Shown in pieces: positions 59,340 through 64,000 of a stretch of 64,000 bases of DNA. The notes below the pieces were generated by a model that saw nothing but the letters and a program-made list of their open reading frames with translations, was not told the DNA's origin and made no database searches. A program made the position numbers and the translations under genes. Location: the NCBI GenBank assembly GCA_038870975.1, contig JAVZJD010000001.1, positions 864,001-928,000 on the forward strand. Direction: 5' to 3'. This stretch comes from Candidatus Bathyarchaeia archaeon (lineage in GTDB: Archaea; Thermoproteota; CALKCG01; B24). The stretch's first letter is position 1. Each line of letters starts with the position of its first letter.

Positions 59340-60602
59340 ATGCGGGTTAAAATGTCTGGTTTTAACAGCCTCATAACGGTAGATGAGGCTTTAAAAAGGC
59401 TCTTAGAGGCTGTTAGAAACTTTAAGCTTGACGTTGAAAAAGTATGCTTAGAAGAATCCGTTGATAGAGTGTGTGGTGAGGATTTAAAGGCCCCAGTAGA
59501 CATTCCACCCTTTGACAGGTCAGCCGTAGATGGATATGCAGTCAGATACGTAGACGTTATAAGCGCGTCACCGCATAACCCCGTAGAACTTAAAGTAGTA
59601 GGTGTCTCAGAGGCTGGATATGATTTAAAAATGCTTCCAAAAGTTAGCTCAGGAGAAGCAGTAGAGATTTACACTGGTGCTCCTCTGCCATCTGGGGCAG
59701 ACTCTGTAGTTATGGCGGAGTTCTGCAAGAGAGATGGAGACAGAGTATGGGTTTCGAGGCCTGTGGCATGTATGCAGAACATTTCACTGAGGGGTGAAGA
59801 CTTTAAAGCTGGAGAATTGGTAGTGGCTAGAGGCGTTAAATTGAAACCGTGGCATATCGGTGCTTTTGCCTCTCTAGGTATAACGAATATACTGGTTTAC
59901 CGTAGACCTAAGGTTTTAATCGCCTCGACGGGTTTAGAGCTTAAACAGTTGGGCTCTGAGGATAATCAGGGGAAGATATACGATTCAACTAGACCTATGC
60001 TTAAAGCTCTCCTGAAAAGCATAAACTGTACGGTTTTAGACCTTGGAATACTCCCCGACGAGCCTGCATACATAGCGGAAGCAATATCTAAACATTTAGA
60101 TTCAGCCGACCTAGCGGTAATTACGGGTGGTACGAGTTTAGGCTTAAGGGATGTAACACCAGAGGCTTTAAATATGTTGGAGGAGTCGGAGCTAGTCTTT
60201 CACGGGGTCCGTATGAGACCGGGTAAACCGACTGGTGCGTATGTTGCTAAAGGCAAGCTTATCTTCATGCTTTCAGGCTTTCCAGTGGCATCTTTCATAG
60301 CGTTTAAAGTCTTCATCGAACCGACTATTCATGCTATAATGGGCTCTAAGCCGGATCCACAGCCTACGGTTAGAGCGTATATTACTAGGAGGCTGGCTAA
60401 ACCAACGGGTGTTAAAGCCTATGTTAGAGTTAGAATCTACCGTTCTCAAGACAGCTTTTATGCCGAGCCTCTTAGATTAACGGGGTCTGGAATACTCTCA
60501 ACTCTAACGAGAGGTAACGGTATCCTCACTTTAGATGAAGAAGTAGAGGGTGTCGATGAAGGAGAAGAAGTTGAAGTTTTACTTACACAGGCTTTTGAGT
60601 AG
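59340..60602 (+). CDS. moeA: Molybdopterin molybdenumtransferase MoeA
   Basis: PPFDRSAVDGYAV, TGAPLP.GAD.VVM.E, TGGTS.G, RPGKP. Confidence 0.93.
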   Translation: MRVKMSGFNSLITVDEALKRLLEAVRNFKLDVEKVCLEESVDRVCGEDLKAPVDIPPFDRSAVDGYAVRYVDVISASPHNPVELKVVGVSEAGYDLKMLPKVSSGEAVEIYTGAPLPSGADSVVMAEFCKRDGDRVWVSRPVACMQNISLRGEDFKAGELVVARGVKLKPWHIGAFASLGITNILVYRRPKVLIASTGLELKQLGSEDNQGKIYDSTRPMLKALLKSINCTVLDLGILPDEPAYIAEAISKHLDSADLAVITGGTSLGLRDVTPEALNMLEESELVFHGVRMRPGKPTGAYVAKGKLIFMLSGFPVASFIAFKVFIEPTIHAIMGSKPDPQPTVRAYITRRLAKPTGVKAYVRVRIYRSQDSFYAEPLRLTGSGILSTLTRGNGILTLDEEVEGVDEGEEVEVLLTQAFE

Positions 60603-60613
60603 GCGGTGGAATA

Positions 60614-62587
60614 TTGGCGAAAGTCTTCCACAGACTTATGAAGGTCGAGGAAGCCATAGAACTTGTTAAAAGGCATTTAAAGCCTCTTAGTCTTGAAGTG
60701 GAATATGTAGATTTGACGGAGGCCTTGGATAGGATTCTTGCAGAATCTATAGTTTCACCTGTAGACTATCCTCCTTTTGACAGAGCGACTGTAGACGGCT
60801 ATGCAGTCAACAGCGTCAGTTTACTGAATGCTGACGAGGAAAACCCGGTTAAACTTAGAGTAGTTGGAGAAGTTAAAGTCGGAGAACTTCCAAGCCTAGA
60901 AGTCAAACAAGGTGAGGCAGCTGAGATACATACAGGTGCGTCGATTCCTAAAGGAGCCGACTCAGTTGTAATGTCTGAGTACAGTAAGAGAGCAGGAGAC
61001 CATGTGCTCATCTATAGGTCGACATACCCTGGTGAAAACATCGCTCAAACTGGTACTGACTTGATGGTCGGAGAAACTCTGCTTAGAAAAGGCGTGATTT
61101 TAACACCTAGGGAGATTGGAGTACTTGCTGCTGTTGGACTCTATAAAGTTCCAGTTTACAGGCTCGTTAAAGCCGCTGTAATTTCAACGGGATGTGAAAT
61201 TCAACGGCCAGGCTTACCTTTAAAACCCGGCAGAATATACGATGTCAATAGTTATACGATTTCCTGTATGCTCAGAGGATTAGGCTGTCGATCAGATATA
61301 TTAGGCATATACCCGGATGACTTCGAAGTTCTACGTGAAGTTGTGGGGAAAGCCCTTGAAAACTACGATATTATTATATCTTCAGGGAGTACTTCAGCTG
61401 GATTTGGAGATGTAATCTACCGTGTCTTCAACAGCTTAGGTGAACCCGGTGTCCTAGTCCATGGGCTTTTAATGAAACCTGGTAAGCCTACTGTTGCAGC
61501 TGTAGTAAACGGTAAGCTTGCGTTAGGACTACCGGGTTTCCCAGTTTCAGCTATGATAGCTTTCCACGTTTTTGCGAGACCAATAATCGCATATTTAATC
61601 GGCTTCACAGTTGAAGCACCAGTCAAGGTAAAAGCTGTTCTACCGTTTAGAGTTAAAGTAGGCGGCGGAGTGAAAACCATTATACCTGTGAGCTTGACTT
61701 CAAACCCATCCGGTTTATTCTCAGCATATCCGGTTGTTGAAGAATCTGGAGCTATATGGAGACTGGCTCTATCCGACGGATACATAGAGTGCCCTGAAGA
61801 GAGAGACTTCCTCAATGAAGATGAAGAAGTTTATGTGTCACTCTTCTCTAAATCGATTAAACCAGCTGACTTGGTCTTCATTGGAAGTCATTGCCTAGGT
61901 TTAGACCTCATCCTCGAGAACACCGTAGAACCTCTTAATGTAAAGACTGTCAACGTAGGCTCACTGGGGGGCTTCTTCGCCGTTAAAAGGAGTGAAGCCG
62001 ATATTGCTGGCGTCCACCTCTTAGACTCTGAAACCTTACAGTATAATATTCCTTTTATAAAAAAATATGAGTTAGAGGGTAGAGCCGTACTAGTCAGAGG
62101 ATATATTCGAACACAGGGCTTTATAGTGAAACCTGGCAACCCTAAGAGGATAAGGGGGTTTGAGGACTTCTTCAGAGAAGATGTTACAATAGTCAATAGG
62201 AATAAAGGCTCGGGGACGAGAGCTTTAATAGATGAAGGTTTAAGGAGAGCTGCTGAAAACCTCGGATTAAGGTTTGAAGAGGCAGTTGAGAGAATTAAAG
62301 GTTATAAGTTTGAAGCTAAAACCCACTCGGCAGTAGCGTCGGCTGTAGCATATGGTAAGTGCGACGTAGGTGTAGCTGTTGAAGCGGTAGCTTACTCCTA
62401 TGGATTAGAGTTTATACCGATAGCTGAAGAACTGTATGACTTCCTAGTCTTAAGGGATAGACTTCAGAAGACGTCTGTCAAGCTTTTTATTGAAGCTCTC
62501 AGCTCTGAAAAATTTAAAAGAGCTCTTAGTGAAAGACTTAGAGGCTATAAACCTCTCAGAGAAACTGGGAGTATAATATATGGTTGA
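60614..62587 (+). CDS. moeA: MoeA fused to a C-terminal PBP-like domain
   Basis: MoeA motifs plus IGSHC, VGSLGG, AGVHLLD, NRNKGSGTR, H..VA.AV. Confidence 0.92.
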   Translation: MAKVFHRLMKVEEAIELVKRHLKPLSLEVEYVDLTEALDRILAESIVSPVDYPPFDRATVDGYAVNSVSLLNADEENPVKLRVVGEVKVGELPSLEVKQGEAAEIHTGASIPKGADSVVMSEYSKRAGDHVLIYRSTYPGENIAQTGTDLMVGETLLRKGVILTPREIGVLAAVGLYKVPVYRLVKAAVISTGCEIQRPGLPLKPGRIYDVNSYTISCMLRGLGCRSDILGIYPDDFEVLREVVGKALENYDIIISSGSTSAGFGDVIYRVFNSLGEPGVLVHGLLMKPGKPTVAAVVNGKLALGLPGFPVSAMIAFHVFARPIIAYLIGFTVEAPVKVKAVLPFRVKVGGGVKTIIPVSLTSNPSGLFSAYPVVEESGAIWRLALSDGYIECPEERDFLNEDEEVYVSLFSKSIKPADLVFIGSHCLGLDLILENTVEPLNVKTVNVGSLGGFFAVKRSEADIAGVHLLDSETLQYNIPFIKKYELEGRAVLVRGYIRTQGFIVKPGNPKRIRGFEDFFREDVTIVNRNKGSGTRALIDEGLRRAAENLGLRFEEAVERIKGYKFEAKTHSAVASAVAYGKCDVGVAVEAVAYSYGLEFIPIAEELYDFLVLRDRLQKTSVKLFIEALSSEKFKRALSERLRGYKPLRETGSIIYG

Positions 62588-62655
62588 AAGAACCGTCAAA
62601 TCCAAGAGAAAAATAAGACTACGTTTAAAACCTAGGTTATACTTACTGTTATCGT

Positions 62656-62850
62656 ATGTGTCTCTTAAAAGTCTATTTAGATGATGGTGGAAGAAGACTT
62701 ATAGCGACCGATGTAGCCTTAATATTACGTGAAGAAGATGGCTTTAGGCTTGGCTTCTTAGAACCTGGTAAAAACGTTCTACTTAGAAAAGTAGTGCTTC
62801 AGTTGTTGGATGCAGTAAATTCTCTTGCCGTTTTCAGACCTTTAGAATAA
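62656..62850 (+). CDS. CooT-like small nickel-binding protein
   Basis: Starts MC.LKVYL, then LIATDV; 64 aa. Confidence 0.6.
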   Translation: MCLLKVYLDDGGRRLIATDVALILREEDGFRLGFLEPGKNVLLRKVVLQLLDAVNSLAVFRPLE

Positions 62851-62905
62851 AGCGTCGCAATAATTCAATATTTAAAAGGGTGGTCGTCTATTCTTCTATG
62901 AGAGA

Positions 62906-63877
62906 ATGCCTAGAAGACTGGAGGAAGGATTCGACCCGAAGCTATCCTATTTAAAGACCTTCATAAAGGTTGTTGAAGAAGGTGGGTTTAGAAAAGCAGC
63001 TAAGAAGCTTAACTTATCTCCCGTGGCTGTTATGAATCATGTTAAAACCTTGGAGAAGTTTTTCGGCGTTAAATTGTTCGAGCCACGGGAAGGTCTAACC
63101 CCTGAGGGTGAAAACGTCTATATGGTTGTGAAGGAAGTTGTGAGTAGGCTTTCTCTTCTCAGAGGGCTAGTTCCAGATGTTGGGAAAGCTGGCAAGATTA
63201 AGATGACAGTTTATACGACTGAAACCCCTATGGAGTATTTACTCCCATGCTTCTTACTGAGGTTTAAAGAGTTTAACTCAAGCGTCGACTTTCAAGTTGA
63301 AGTAGGGCTCTTAGAAGACGTGAAGTCGAGCCTTAAGGAGAGATTAGCCGATGTAGGGCTCATAATGGTTCCAGAACATTTGAAAGCCTCTCTTCTAGAT
63401 GAATTCGAATGTTTAGAGATTCTGAAAGACACCCTTGTGGCAGTATTCTCCCCCCTCCATAAGATTTCGAGGATGAGGACCGTAGATATTCAAACTTTAG
63501 CTAAACAGCCGCTTATACTCGATAAGCCCGGCTCAGACAATAGGCTTTTTACAGATGAGATATTCTCTCTCAACTTAATAGACCCATCTACTTTAAACGT
63601 TAAACTCATTCTAAGAGGCTCCTCAGCTATAACAACCGCTGTAAGCCAGGGGTTCGGGGTAGGCATATTACCTGAAATGCTTACGAGGAAGTGGGTTAAA
63701 GCCGGCCTTGTATCCACCAGGCCTCTGGAGTGTAGAGGAGTTAATCTAATACTTCTATTAATTAGACAGAAAGATTCTTGGACTAATGTAGTTGAATCCT
63801 TGTGGAAGTTTGCCAAGGGTTTTAGCGAAATATACGGGAGTAATCCTCCATGTCTACAGAGATTTACATCTGTATGA
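62906..63877 (+). CDS. LysR family transcriptional regulator
   Basis: LKTFIKVVEEGGFRKAAKKLNLS..AV..HVK.LE..FGVKLF HTH; substrate-binding domain with AV.QG.GVGILP. Confidence 0.9.
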   Translation: MPRRLEEGFDPKLSYLKTFIKVVEEGGFRKAAKKLNLSPVAVMNHVKTLEKFFGVKLFEPREGLTPEGENVYMVVKEVVSRLSLLRGLVPDVGKAGKIKMTVYTTETPMEYLLPCFLLRFKEFNSSVDFQVEVGLLEDVKSSLKERLADVGLIMVPEHLKASLLDEFECLEILKDTLVAVFSPLHKISRMRTVDIQTLAKQPLILDKPGSDNRLFTDEIFSLNLIDPSTLNVKLILRGSSAITTAVSQGFGVGILPEMLTRKWVKAGLVSTRPLECRGVNLILLLIRQKDSWTNVVESLWKFAKGFSEIYGSNPPCLQRFTSV

Positions 63878-64000
63878 TTTTTGCCATCATAGGCTATTGC
63901 TGAAGATTATTTACGACTCCTCTTGTAAAAACGGGGAATTTTCAAAATTTTCCCTATTGAATATACTACCGTAACTGCTAGGCTGAATATAAGCATAGTT

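Noticed and set aside
1-64000. Numerous 60-214 aa antisense or alternate-frame ORFs (e.g. 19120-19638, 24230-24874, 55328-55912); also tRNA, rRNA, IS and integrase genes
   Set aside because: The ORFs are shadows of well-supported genes; no tRNA, rRNA, transposase or integrase signature was recognised

Overview
Archaeal chromosomal window, most likely from a TACK/Thermoproteota lineage. The lineage call is inferred from rpl13e, rpl38e, a short crenarchaeal-type SSB, aspS with gatCAB, a tandem PurP pair and a 24-bp ...ATTGAAAG CRISPR repeat; a Bathyarchaeia-like source is plausible but not shown. 1-21 kb: housekeeping and metabolic genes (RNase Z-like, htpX, aspS-gatCA-gatB, ABC-2 transporter, ArsA with an ArsD-like partner, elp3, vapBC, nagB). 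21.5-41.1 kb: a surface glycosylation cluster with an AT-rich core and at least five broken genes. 41.5-44.6 kb: a decayed defence zone (nuclease, VapC and Cdc6 fragments), then a cas-less CRISPR locus. That locus is a 22-repeat array plus a back-to-back inverted 2-repeat mini-array sharing a 122-bp structured interval. 44.7-64 kb: GH53, the RNase P protein/proteasome/exosome superoperon, etfB-etfA-FAD dehydrogenase, RNase P RNA, the purP pair, two moeA, cooT-like and a LysR regulator. Best leads: the divergent CRISPR mini-array, two DPM3-like membrane paralogs, a candidate C/D guide to the tRNA-Thr(UGU) wobble, an ArsA/ArsD-like pair outside an ars operon, and a probable bifurcating LDH-Etf module. 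All family assignments come from motif recognition by eye; no database searches were run.
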